A stretch of 55,665 nt of DNA from Girardia tigrina (taxonomy: Eukaryota), in assembly GCA_001938485.1 (NCBI GenBank), contig MQRK01225287.1, forward strand, positions 62,001-117,665, given 5' to 3'. A program made the position numbers and the translations under genes. Positions 36,223 to 50,900 of the stretch are shown in pieces (the first letter of the stretch is position 1; each line of letters starts with the position of its first letter). Under the pieces are notes generated by a model, which was given only the letters and a program-made list of their open reading frames with translations, made no database searches and was not told the origin of the DNA.

Positions 36223-39200
36223 TCACACGTAATATCGATTATTGAATACCTCGTACGGCAGGGAGCTCTTTTTTCGGAATATGCAGCACGTCGCAATCAG
36301 ACTGATTATCTGCGCACACACACACACGATTATCAATCAATCAATAACAGAACTAGTCGCTAATGAGGTTAGTCATTGTAGTGACCCAGTCAATTATTAT
36401 ATGTAAATTATATATATATATATATATATAAACTTACTAAAAAAATAGATCGATTATAAAAATCGATGAATAAATTTTGATAATTTAAAGTTATCTGTCC
36501 TGGACTGAATTTTGATCCTATCATTAGTCGTGTTGTTAGGACCGTTCTATTATTTATCAACTTAGCTAAGCGAAGTATTATCGAATCGAGACTCAGTCAT
36601 CTAATCGTCAAATCGTATCCTATTGCCGGACAATATCTTATCAATTTGTCGAATATTAAAATTGTAATCATCAAACGTAGAACGTTCAAGGATAATCCGT
36701 TATCTTTCAATTACCAAAATAAATATTAGAAGAAACGAGACAAAGAATAACACAAGTTGTGTTGTCAAGGTATAATAGAATCATCGATTTGGTACTTTAC
36801 GTCTTCGCCAATTACTGTGGTATTAAAAATCTTATATACGACTTGGATTCAAGCATGTTTTTATTATTTAATATAGTTTAAATAAAATTATTTTTTTATT
36901 TCTAATTATATAAATATTTTGATAAGAGTTAATCGAAGCATACGTTTCAATTAGCTCTTACAGTCATTAATGCATTCAATTTGATTACCGTAAAGTAATA
37001 AGACCCCTTTTCATTTTTCAAACCTTTTTTACACATTTATACGCAAGATATTTTTTTGAATAAAAATTACAAAATATTTTTTCATCTCAAGTATGTAAAT
37101 TTTAAATGAAGGTTTTATGCAACAAAATATATTAAATCCCAGTTGTGCTTTAAAATTTAAACTGTGGTCTATATATAGGGTTTTTCGACCAATTTCGTAA
37201 TCATTAAAATTGTTTTTAGTGCCTTTTCTTATATGAAAAAAATGTGCTATTGTATTCATCATGTCCCTATATGTATGTATGTGTTTATCACATCAAATTA
37301 CGGGTACCGGGTGCGTCCAAGACCCAATAAACTATATATTTTTAGATAGGTCTCGTCAACAGCAATCCGCACAGTTTTTCAGTTTTCGGGACATTGAAGA
37401 AATATCGGGTAGAAGTCTTCATCTACGAGTGCTATGTCAGCTATTATAAGCCATTTGTTGTGAGAGTTTTCAATGTCTAGCTATTAACAAATGTATTTGT
37501 GAAAACAAAAGGAAAATTAAAAAAATAATAAATCAAATCTTGTGTTTTTTTGTCAAAGTTTTCTTTCAGGCTGAACATTTAAAGAAACTTTTATGTCTTT
37601 TATTAAACTGGTTGTTTTGTAAAATACTAATGTCTCTATGATATTAGCCATTTCAAAGACCAATCGCAATATAAAATATTATTCACAGTAAAAAACTATT
37701 TAGAAAAAGAGAAAATACGCTGTACATCACTCATCGCAGTGAGTACTGATCTATATTTTTATGCAACTAAATTACAAAAAATTTAATTAACCCTATAATT
37801 ATATGATTATTTAAAAATTATAAAATTTTATTAAAATTATATAAACTAAAAAATAAAATGTTGTTAATCAAAAATTATATATAAAAAAATATATATATTT
37901 AAGAAAATTTATTCAAAATTTGTATTGATTGATATCTTCTCTGTCCAGTGATCTTGTAATGTATCCCAAACTTTTCCTATAAAATGAGTCGGAACGTTCA
38001 TATCATTCTGTGGTTCCTGATTCAAGTCTCTAATTGCTGCCTCTTGAGATCCTTGTAAAAGTGATATTTGAACAGATGAGTTTATTACTGTTCTTTTACT
38101 CTGATCGTTATCTGATATGTTTATGTTTTGATTTGTTGGATCTTGTTGATGGTTATTATTTAACATAAGATTAAATGACTTTTTATAAAAATTTAAAAAT
38201 GAATTTAACTATCTAATAATTAACGATTACGAAATTGATTGTAACGATTACTACTTTGATCGAAAAACTGTACATATTGTTTCCTATTTAACCGACTAAA
38301 GGCGCCAAAATTTATTAGAAAAATATTGATTGTTCCAATTTTCAACCGTACTTATAAGGATGCCGTAGGAATTTAATTGTCTTTGTAATTATGTTGTGAC
38401 CGAAAGTGCATTTTCCAAAAAAAATCGAAAGTTATGAAACATCAGAAAATGAAACGGATGTTGTGGATTTGAACACAATTCGACATCGAAGGCTTACAAC
38501 GACTTTGTCTTTGAAAAACTGTTTTTTTGGATTAAAGAAAAAGGACACTCAGTTCTGGAAATATCAGATATTGAGCAATTTAATAAGTATAAGTATGTCT
38601 AATAAGTTCCCGGAATTGTTTAAAAAAACTGACTTCTATGAAAAATTCCAAACAATTCTATATCATATTTAAACTACATAATTTCCATTATTAATTACAA
38701 CTAGTTTGCAATGTTCATACAATGATAACAATTCTTGACGAAACTTCTCTTCAGGGAGATCACGGAGCACCTGCACCGCTCTTCCTTTCACCTCATCACC
38801 GTCCAAGAATTTCTGCCCTCGAAATGAATGTTTCAGGTGCTTGAACACCCATCGATCACACTGATTCATGTCAGGGCTATATAGGCTTTGTTTGATGAGT
38901 GTCACTCCACGATGATGAAAAAATTCCATAGTTTCTTTTGATGTGTGAGGATGTGCGTTATCGTGTTGCCACAACAATTCCGTGAGCTTTTTGGGATGTC
39001 GGCGAACATGTCGCCATTTTTTCCCACTTGAACGGACAAATTCCACATAATGCTCTGAGTTCACAGTCTCTCCAGGAGAGCAAATGTCAGCACTTCTCTT
39101 TTGATCACCAGTGAATGCCAACAAGAGAAGAGTTTTCTTGTTTGTCAGCTTCGGGCGGACAACAGTGAGTTTTGGTTGTGTAGGATGACGCCATGCCTGA

Positions 39201-42112
39201 TTTTGCTGTTTCGTCAGTGCTGTTTAATAAAGAAACCAACTCTCATCCTCTGTCGCCCAATGGTGTAACAGATAATCGATGGAATGGTTTTCAAATAAGG
39301 CGATGATGCTTTGTGCACACAAAATCCTGTCCCGTTTGTTTGCTTCTGAGAGGTGCTGTGGAATCCATGTCGAACAAATCTTTCGCAATTCAAGCTGATT
39401 TGTGAAAATCTGTCAAACAGTATCTTTAGACAGGCCAGTTGATTCACTCACTGCTCTAAGAGATGTACTTGGTTCTTCATCCACAATCCCTTTGATAATC
39501 TGCACATTTTCAGCGGTTGAAGATGTGGTTGGGCGGCCACATCTTGGATCATCAACAAGGGATTGTCTTCCCTCTTTAAATCGTTTGTACTACTCGAATA
39601 CAGTTGTCTTTGAAGGAACATCCAGGTTAGTATCTTGCAGCTGCTTATATATTTCACATGGTTTACGTCCCCGTAGCGTTTCTAAGTAAATGTATGCACG
39701 AAAATGTTCTTTCTGTAAATCCATAACGTGTCAACGGAGCACTTTACACTGTGTTAGCAGCAATAATTGGCTGTCACAATGAGAAGAGAGTGGATACGTG
39801 TGTGACTCTATGATTTGCCAAAGCAGCTGATTGGTGACTTCATTCTAATACAATATTTACGTGTATACATATATGCATGTGTGTGTGCATGCCATATTCC
39901 GGGAACTTATTAGACAGCCTAAGTAAATGATTTAAGAAGAATATGGAAGGACTCAATATCGATTATTAGACCATTTTGACGAAAATTAATCGATTAAATA
40001 AGAGAGAGACGAAATACTTAACTCGGTACTTTCCTCGATGAAATGTAGTTTAATATATATGATATTTGTTTAAAAAACAGTGAATCGTGGCCACAGTATT
40101 AGTCTGTATAATAATGGTGTAATTTATCACATAAAAAGAAGCATTTATCATAACCCGATATGGCGGAATTTTGACGAGACAAAAATGGCTCTAAAGCTTT
40201 AAAAATATTATGCGGCTATAACAGTGAACAATTCATCTCTGTTTCATAACGCGAATTTCCTATTGCTAATGGAATATGAATTGACCACTTTACTACCTCT
40301 AATAGAATCCAATTAAAGAAATTGTTGTGTTCTTATAGACAAGGAATGTCAATATTATATGCAATACAAAGGACACAGAAGATAAATGAAGTGATGTATT
40401 TGAAATTATTAGTGATATCAATGAAAAATCTGATTTCTCAAATTATTTTAGCAAAATGAGGCGCATTCAAATGAAATTTATTTGTTTTTTTAATTTTTAC
40501 GATAAAAATTTTTTTCACACTACGCATTTGACATTACATACAAATTTGATTTCCTTTGAAATATAATGATTGTAAGGGATTACATATACTATAGGATATA
40601 ATAATACATCAAATTAGATATATTAATAGCATCATGCATCAAAAGTGTGAAATGAAAATGCATGAATTCATCAACAAGAACTATATGTATTTTTAAAACG
40701 AAATAATAAATATCGGTTTTTAACGTCGCATTTCATAAATGATTATTTAATTTCCTGTGCATAATTAAACGGTATAATCGATTGGTATTAGTGTTACTGT
40801 GAGTGACAGTGTTATCTGTATTCAGTGGATACTAATTTACATGATTCAATACACAGGATCATTCAGCTTAATTACTTCAATCATATCATCCATTATTGCA
40901 TAAGATGTGTCACTAATACCACCATAACGACCTCGTTATCCTCAACTCATTTTTCAAGAAGTCTCAACCAATTATTACAGTGATTTCGTATTATTCGAAA
41001 CTATTAAAATCCTAATCAATTTCAAATAACTACTTATTTAATAATGGTGCTCTAGTTAAGAGCACTCAAATTTACTAGAAACAGTGAAGGTTATTAGAAA
41101 TAAGAGTTAATAGCCAAAGTGCATGCTGAAATCATGTCTCAGTCCGAAAAGGACGTATTGTCAGAGTGCAGCTTGTCGTAAGTAGATATTCATCTTGATG
41201 AATGATTTGGTTGATATGAAGAGATGGGACGTTTTATGAATTCCATCAGAATCCTTTAACTGTTTATCCTGGGGTTAAATCGACTGACCATAACATATAG
41301 ATCCCACTTATAAACGGAGTATCATTTTTAAATTTTTGTTATTAATTTCATATAAATATCAGCATGATTAAATTTTCTTTTGTTAAGTAATGAAACAACT
41401 AATTTAATTCTAAGAATTAATCCTTATTTTGTTGCCTTTAGTTGATTCTGAAATAGATCAAAGAACGAATTTAAAGAATGGTGAGTTCACTGTTTGGTCT
41501 CAAACATTTTTTATTACATGATCGAATCTACAGTAATTTTAAATAACAATGAAAACATATCAAAGTGCCAACGAATAAGTAAAGTACTTAAAATTCTGAT
41601 TTATAAAATACCCCAATTTATTTGGCATTCTTTCAAAGTCATAATCTGTATGCCGTTTTCAGACAGAAAGTGTTATTTTAGTTTTATGAACAATTTATAA
41701 TACAGAGTGGTCGCCAGATAAGCGGAAAAAATTTCAAACAACAATTTATTTTAAAAATTTGAATAGAAGAAGAAATCATAAACAACTAGTAAATCAAAAA
41801 ATTAAATTTTTTATATCCATTCTTTATTCAGACAGAACTCTACTTTGCCAACAAAGATTTTAAAATTTAAAAAATTTCAATTAAAAAAGCATTAAAAATT
41901 AATATAAACTACTTATAATTTATAAATAGATATCTTGCAATTCGATAACTCCGAATTTTCCGTTTTTTCCCATTTTGGTACCTTAAAAAGATTTATTCGA
42001 TCAAATTTTTACATAATCATTTATTGTCATCGAGAATGAGTGAGTGTGCAAAGTTTGAAGAAAATCGATTGAGTAGAATGCATTCAAAAACAGGTTTCTA
42101 AATTCCATGAAT

Positions 42113-42145
<33 letters not shown>

Positions 42146-44922
42146 CCCAGTGCTTTATTTCTAGTAAAAAAGGTTTGGGAACTCATTTTATATCTGTCTT
42201 TACCTTATGTCAGAAAGTACTATAATTGAATTTTCCCACTGAACACAAATTTATTTTACAGGAAATTTAATGACAAACGTTTTTATAAGAAAATGAGAGA
42301 CTCAAAGATTTTATTTATAATAAAAACCGACCTGACTAAAGTTTATGTGGAAAAATCAAAAATGTATTCTACTGTATTATGATACTGTACCGTATTAGGC
42401 TTTAAAACAACTTCCAGAGTTTTCTCATGTTTTCATCAGACAAATCATCTCGATTTATTTTCTTACTTTGTGAGTTTAGAGCTGAATGTTTGCCTCGAAG
42501 CAGCCAAGAGTCTACGTACTTTGTAGGATCAAAATATGTTAGTGGAGGGCCGACCATTCTGATGAATAAAAGTGCCGAAACTAGAAAGTGCTGAAGCAGA
42601 TAGTACTTGCCAAAAATGAACAGGTCCAAAGAAAAGTATTTCGGACGACGCACCTGTGATGGAAAAAGATTTGGTTGTTTCACCTGTGCGACGTGGTACA
42701 TAAGAGAGACGCAATTCCAATCAATGATAAATCGCTCGACATCTCATTGATCGACATAAGGAAATGCGCGAAAATAAGTTGCTTGCACTGATTGATCAAA
42801 GAGTGCTGGAGAAGAGTATGGTATTCCAATGAAACAAGGTTTTTGTTGGGTTCTTTATCAAGATTACAATTCATTAACACCAAATTTTATTTATAACACA
42901 AATAAAAATTTTTAGTCGAGTAACTTTTTTTTCGTTTTCTTTTTTGTGATCAGATTCTTTATATATAAAAATATTGGATTATAAATAATGATAAGCTATT
43001 TTAAAATTGAATTGTTATTTTTTATTCTCTTCATTTGAAAATTAACATTCCACTATTTTATAAAATTTAATTTAAAACAAAATCAACATAATTTATTTTA
43101 GTCATATTTTAACTAAACAAAAAGATTTTTTATTATTTAAGAATTAGTTTAAAGTTATTTTATTTTATTTGTGAAAAACTTTTTAATTAAAAGATTTTAA
43201 CGTTTTATTTATTCAATTCAAAAACACTGTATTACCCAAAATTATTTTAACGATTTATTCGTTCATTTTTTTACATGTTTTAATTAACTTAACAAAAGAT
43301 ATTTATCATTTCCAACTTTAGCTCAATTTTAATTAAAAATCATTTAGCATCTATACAATTTAAATACAAAATATAATTTACAATATTCAAATTTATTATT
43401 ATATTATTACGATACATTAATGATAAAAGTTTTAATTTTTATTTTTTACGAAAACTGTTTAGAATTAATTATATGTCAAATCTTTAATTTGCAGAATTTA
43501 AAACTGAATTTAAGATTCAAAAATATCTGTTTTTTTAATTACTTTTCTGACAATAATATTTCATTAATTTACTTTTCAGAATAACTTTTAAAATTAATCC
43601 AAAACATAATTATCATTGGTTCTAAATATATTTGCCAAATCAATTATTTAAAAATCCATTATTTCACAATTAATTTCATTTTAAGATTTTCTTTTAACAA
43701 ACAAAATTGAATTATTTAAAAAAAACTTTTTAAATTTAATTAACGATATTTATTGTTTAGAAAAACTTTTGATTTTAGATAATTTCTTATTTTAGAAATT
43801 CTTTACAAAAATTAATTATGTCAAAAATTTTAAGAGTGACCTGTCCCTCACAGTTTTCATTACGACCGCCTTTGAACAGACAAAATGATCGTATTTACGG
43901 AAAGTACAAGTAAAAACTAATATACCCGAGAGAGATCTACTTGTGGGACTGGATAATTTGCAGCCATCTGTGTTTGTTATGTTTGCTGTTTCATTGTATG
44001 GTAAAACGGAGTCTCGATTTATTGAAGGATATTATTATATAAAACAGTAAATCAAAAGGTTTATTGTGAATATGTGTACACAAATGTTCAGCGATATACG
44101 GTATGTAACGAATGACCAAAACTGGACGTGGTAGCACGATAGTGCTAAGGCTTCAATTCAGTTTCTTCAGTAGTATACTTCCGATTTAATTTCACTGGAA
44201 GATTGGCCATCAAACTGTTCAGACTCAAAAAAAGTACTATATCTGAAGCTAATTATTAACAAAGGCTCAGAAATGTCGACGTGACAAACTCTACTCATGA
44301 TTTTAAAACGTGTTTGGAAAGAGCTTGGAATTGGATTTCACAAGTTACCCTTCAATAAGTCACACAAAATTTCTAGGTTAAGACGTTTTCATGGAGTGCA
44401 CGGACGACAATTTGAATATCTGATTGTAATATAACATAAGTCTTTGAAAGCCTTTGTAAAAATAAATCGTTTGACAAATTTTCCCCTTTTCTGGCGACCG
44501 CCCTGTAGATAATAAAGGTTGTTTCAACAAAGTGATTATTGTGATCATTTGTTACCAACATACTTCAATGATAACTGTTGAAATGATACTAATTTTAAAT
44601 GTTTCTTTTAGGTTATGTAATGGGATTGAAATCGTTTATCATACATAATTCCTAATTAGATAAATAATGTCCATGACTTGGTAAATAAGAATCATATTTA
44701 CACAACTGGAATAAATAATCGTACAAATATTTGAATCTATGTGACATTAAATGAAGTAATGATTATTATTTCATGTAAATTACATTAAAGTCGAATGTAT
44801 TACCGGTCATAAATGTCATGAGATAACTTGGAATTAGTTTTATAGTTATATTCACAATTAATGTTAATTTGATGTTAATTGTGATGTTAAATTTGTTTAA
44901 AATTAATTATAATAATAAGTAC

Positions 44923-44967
<45 letters not shown>

Positions 44968-47900
44968 AATTTTATTTTCACGATTCTTTTTTACTTGAGT
45001 AAATTTATTGTTGTATATTAAACATTAAACGAAGTGAAATGCTACATGTCATCAACCGGGACATCTCAGCAGAAATTGTCAACAAAGGATACTAGTGCAG
45101 TGCTGAAATGGTCGAGAGGCAGTTTATCAGCCGAAACTGATCTAACAACCAGTGATTGGCTAGTAGAATTTGTCTCAGAAACGAGGTCGGAATGTAAATC
45201 TAACAACATGTTTGGTGAACTTCATCAGAGAGAATAATGGAACATGGAGAATGCAGAATCAGGGTCGTAAGTTGAAAATGCCACATAACAATTGGGATGA
45301 TTCTGACTTAAATGATTGTCGAAAGACACATTAGCCATAGAAGAAACAATGAAGCAGTTCAATATAACCGGGACTAAGAGGCCGAAATGCGAATACAGTT
45401 CTTTCCAGAGAATGAAGTATTGGTAAATAATCTAGAATAAAACATCAAGGAAAATACGAGACAAATAATTCGAAGAATGCATGATAAAAAAATATATTTG
45501 GCAAAATATGTTAAAGGAAGGTAGAGAAAATTTTAAAAATCTTACGACCTGGGGTATAAGGGTGTCATTTAAAAATTTTGAATTGGAGTCGATATTTCAG
45601 AAAATATGCATTAAATATCAAAAATTAAAAGCAAATAAAAAGAAAATTTGTTTAAAGACAATTTTTTACATTGTTGATGTTTAATACATTCTCGAAAGCA
45701 TTTGCGTCTTTTTAATTTCAAAAATGGAAATCAACACACAACCTCTAACATGATTAAAATTGATATTTTATTTTAATAAATCTTATAAATGTATAACAAA
45801 TTATTCTGTGATAATTTCCATTTGTTTTGGAAGATACAGGCAATCGCACATCATCACTCAATTCTTATCTATTTTACAATTCCTGAGCAATTCATACACT
45901 TAATACAGGAGTAAAAATACTACAAAACAAAATGAATTTTTTTTCAAAAGATTGAGCTTATTTTTAATTATTAAGCATTGAGCCTAAATTATTTTTCAAT
46001 TGATCATTTGTTTCTGAGATTTGATTAGAAACATATGTTAAATAATTCCACTATGGAATTATTTATTATGGTGAACAACATGATGACTCTTTTTTGTTAT
46101 TTTACGAGAGAATCTGGTGCTTTATTTTTATTTATTTTGATTATTTAATTTAATTTTATATTAAAAAAGTTATTAAAATAACAAAATAATATAAAAGATA
46201 TAATGGAAGTCACATGATTTATTACGGTAAGAATTAGAAGATTTATTACTAGAATTATTATGGTAAATTTGGTTATTGTGAGATTTTAACTATAAACAAT
46301 TACTTAATTTATCAGAATAACTTATTGTCATACTAATCGGTAACGAAATATCGAAAGCATGTATAAACATAATTCCGATAATGATTATAATGATTATTCT
46401 ACATTCATGCAATCACCGACAGACATAAACAATCTACATTCCTGTACATCTATTCGAACAACCAAATCATTATATCGATTGATTAAAAATATAAATGCAA
46501 TCAAATCAAGGCGCATTATTTATTTCTTTCTTCGATTAAAATAATAATGCGGACAATAGCATGCTTATGTACCAAATATGCACAACAAATCTAAATTAGT
46601 GTGTGTCAAGGAAGTCTTAATTGTTATTCTTATTTCTTTAATCACTCAAATTAATAAATCTGAAAATGTATCAATCAATAATTGCATTCACATCGCCTCT
46701 GAACGAATGCTTTCAAGCTTTATTACTATATTTTACCTGTTAACCGGGCGCACTTCCACTTATGTAATGCTTGACGTGCATGTTTTTAAAGCGTGCTCAT
46801 ACGTCATACCCGATTAACAGGTTAAACAAAACAAGAAGTTTTTGCCAAAGTTTTGTATTTGTAACTTTGATTAATATTTGTTTAATAATTTTAATGTATA
46901 TGATAGTATGGTTGAAGAGCCAAATTTAAACTGAAGTTACTGCAAAATGTATTTTCGTCAATTTATTTAAAAAAGAATTATTTTTAATTTAATTAAAAGT
47001 TTCCTTTGTTCGCGAACGACTAGTGGATATTTAGTATATTATCTTTCTACAGAAAAAAATATGAGGAAACAGAACAGATTTTTCTCACATCAACATCCTA
47101 AATATGTAAACAAAATGGTAGAGGTAAGAAACATAGTTTTGAAAATTTAACAAAAACCTTTACAATATAAAAGACTTTGGCTGGAAACCTACCTGGTAAA
47201 TCAAATCATTAATTAGTCTCCGTGTTGTTCTAAGACTCACCACACATTAAGTTTCATTTTTTATTTCCAGGTTGTTGTATGATGGGTTGCAATTCTCTAA
47301 ATCAAATTATCCTGCAACTTTGATGTGATTCTCGTTCGCATGGTAGAATTCTAGTATCAGATGACCCTGTCAACTTGAGCCCTTTCACTATATTTCCAGC
47401 TGTGGACTTCGGAAGATCTAACTTATTTGAAATTTCTGTCTATGACAAACCATATTATGCGTACAGTATAATGATAGCACGCAATAATGCTGAAATGCGC
47501 TTCTTTTTAGACAAAATAAACAAATATTTTTGAAAGTATTTGAAATTTTGATGGAAAACGTTAATATATATTTACTGACTATTGAGGAGATTAGGTTTAA
47601 AAAGAAATTACATGTGCTTATTGTTAGAATTTTAAAATATCATAAACATCTAGATTACTAAACATTTCAGCTGTGTTATTTCATATTATAATGAAAATCG
47701 AATTTCTAATGATGATAATTCAACAAAATTTCCAAAGTAGCTGTTTTCCAAATCATTTGGTCTTAGTTTCATATGAATTCACACTATCAGAGAAGTTTGT
47801 AAGTGATTGAAAAATATTTTCGTAATATTTTATTAAGCTGAATTCATACAGTTTTACTATTAGTTAAAAAATCTTTTACTAGTTTAACTGGAATTTGTAA

Positions 47901-50900
47901 TTATAAATTAAACAATCACTAGTTTCAACTGACACGATAAAATAAAACTAAAAAACTTTGAATTTCTATCAAACAAAATAGACATTGATAAGAGCAATGG
48001 TCCATTAATGGGTCTATCAAACGCTCAATGATAAAATGATTTGCAATCTCTTGTTTTTATATGATAGAATAATACAATCATCCCTTTCTATAGTGGACAT
48101 ATTGGCCAAGATTAATAAAAGAAACCCACTAATCATATAAGATCTGAACCGTGAATTTATAAAAAATATTTAGAAAAACTAATATTTAAAGCTATTTTAC
48201 TATTTTTTTGAGAATATTTATAAATTTTGCTTCAAATTTCTAATTTCATAGTAGCATCAGTGAAACAAATTATCTTGAAATTACATTGAGTAATGAAACT
48301 TAAATCAAAATTAATTGAAATTAGAAATTGATTTTCGATGATTAATGAAAACCCGAAATAAAAAAAACATTGAAGATTGTTATATTAGGTTGATGCAAAA
48401 GAAATGTCGTTTTTTAACCGTGAACTTTAAATGAACATAACTTTCTTTAGAATTAACTTTTTTAGTCAAAATAAAACACACTGTTGCCAACGGGTAACAA
48501 GTTTTTTATTCCAGTTTCATAAAATTCTGGAGTTCTGGAGGCGATGAAGTCGTCCAAGGCTCTTTCAGCATCCCCTTGGTTTCTAAAGCATTTTTCGCGA
48601 AGGAGCTGGCGGAAAGGTTTGAAAAGGTGATAGTCTGTAAGAGAAAGGTCTGGTGAGTACGGTGGATGAGGCAAAGTTTCATATCCCAGTTCGTTTAACT
48701 TCAGCATGGTCTTTCTTGTAACATGTGGACGAGCGTTGTCATGCAAAAGAATTGGCCCCTTTCTATTAAGTAATGCATTTTATTGAGCGGTGCATTTTGT
48801 CAATTTGCTGACAATACTATTCCGCTGTAATTGTTTCACCTTGTTTTAAGAAGCTGTAATTGATTAAACCGTGTGCGGATCACCAAACAGTTACCATAAC
48901 TTTTTTTGGTGTAATTTTGGCTTCTGGAAAGGCTTTGGAGCCTCATTGAAATCCAACCACAGAGCTGAACGTCGTCGGTTGTCGTATAGGATCCATCTTT
49001 CATCGCACGTTACAATTCGATCTAGAAACGGGTCGCCTTGATTACGCAAAAGCAAAGAACACACGTTAAAACGACGATTTTTTATTTTCGTTTAATTCGT
49101 GCGGCAACCACTTGTCCAGCTTTTTCACTTTCCCGATTTTCTTCAGATGGCGAACAACTGTTGATTGGTGAACGTTGAGTTCTTGAGCAACTTCCCGTGA
49201 ATTTTTATGCGGGTCGGCATTGATTAACTTCTTCAAATGGTCGTCGTCAACTTGTGATGATCGACTACCGTATTCTTCATGTTCAAGGCTCTCGTTGCCA
49301 CTACGAAACTTAGAAAACCAACGTTGTAATGTTCGTAAATTAGTGGTATGTTGTCCAAATACATTGTTAATATTCCGAGCCGTTTCTGTCGCTTTTCGAC
49401 CTAGTTTGAAATCGTAGAATAAAATTGTTCTCATTTCTTTCTTTTCTAAAATTTCTAAAATAAAATAAATTCACCTTAAATTAACAACAATAATGTCATA
49501 CTTGGTATCAAAATATAGAGTAAAGTTTAAGCTTTAAAGTATATATAAATATGAATCTATTTATTAATGATTTTCTAAATATTTCAAACAATGAATATTA
49601 AATACATTAAAAACGACATTTCTTTTGCATAAGCCTAATATCACACTAAGAATCGTTTGATATTTATAGTGGTTAAATCGGTGAAAAGTCCATGGTTCAA
49701 AGTTACAATTCATACAGGCATGGAAGCCTACAATAAGTTTACTCTTCGAACATTTATTACAACACCGCTTATTTTGATCGAGAAATCAATTAAATAAGAT
49801 AATAATAATTATAATAGAAGAGAGTAAAATTATATAATCAATATAAACAATTATAATAATTTAAATCATGTGAATAAATAGTGATAATACTCGGCATTAC
49901 TAACCTGTAAGATAATAATGGTAGCGCTAATTGCTACAACCAGAACAAAATTTTTCTCCAGAAATTTTTCAAATTTTTCCCCGCATCCATCCTTATACGG
50001 CAAGGACGAGTCCGGATTCGCTGTTGTCGTTTGAGATGGTGATGATATCCACTTATTAGTGCTGAGATTCACAGTTGTGGTCGACGTGGGCTGTGTACAG
50101 TTGTTAGGACAGCACGAATCCGGTATTGATTGATTTACATAATTGTGCCAGTCGGATGAGTTGAAGACTCCGCAGCATTTATACTATCGTAATATCGGTA
50201 TCAAGAGTAATGCCGTGTTAATTATAAGCAATAAATCACCAGAACACATAATAATGAATATGAAATTATTGGCCTTTCTACAATAATGTTTCTCCACGAA
50301 ATATAAAAAGATTTGTTTTCCAATTTCATAATAATTTCTTTATAAAATTTAGAACCTTTGATAACAATAATTTTTCTTTATTTTATACATACTCAATATT
50401 ATTCCCTAGATCAGCGATTCTCAAACAGGCGGTCGCGGACAGTATAAAAACGGTCGCGCGATAATGGAAAATTGCACTCTTATTCGCTTATATTTAGAAA
50501 ATATTCGTTTTTATATAGAATTTATTATTTTTTATAAGGAAATTATTTTTTTTACAAAAAAGGTAACTGTAAATTTAAGTATAAAAACATTTATTTCTTA
50601 ACACTAACGCTTTTTTGAAATGTTATAAGAGTATTTTTTAGGAAAACTTTGCAAGTTTCGTTTAAAGAGAATAATCTATAAATTCGAATTTTTGAATTTA
50701 TTTCTTGCAAAACTTTTTACACTATAAATGATTTGAGCAACTCAATATATCAATTTTATCAAATATCTCCAATAATTAATTATTCAATTATTATTAGTAG
50801 CATTTGATATTAGAATAATTGTTCTTTTAAAGTATAATTCTGTGAATAAAGACTAAATTTTTTGGATATATTATCATGTGGTATTAGAAATTTACAAAAT

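Larger units (their letters stand above)
41703..44505 (+). mobile_element. maT/DD37D-like Tc1/mariner relic hosting several nested insertions
   Basis: TIRs CAGAGTGGTCGCCAGA / TCTGGCGACCGCCCTG with TA flanks. WYSNETRF|SLRPPLNRQNDRIY rejoins across the solo LTR; DWPSNCSD motif present. Confidence 0.75.

Noticed and set aside
36103-36363. Plus-strand 86-aa ORF
   Set aside because: It is the antisense shadow of the tetraspanin last exon and its UTR microsatellites.
42900-43830. RIP-like GC erosion of a transposase
   Set aside because: The AT-rich block is a discrete TSD-flanked insertion with a homolog at 6521-7328.
45034-45480. Possible non-LTR (R4/RTE-like) C-terminal relic
   Set aside because: The motifs are too degraded to support a call.
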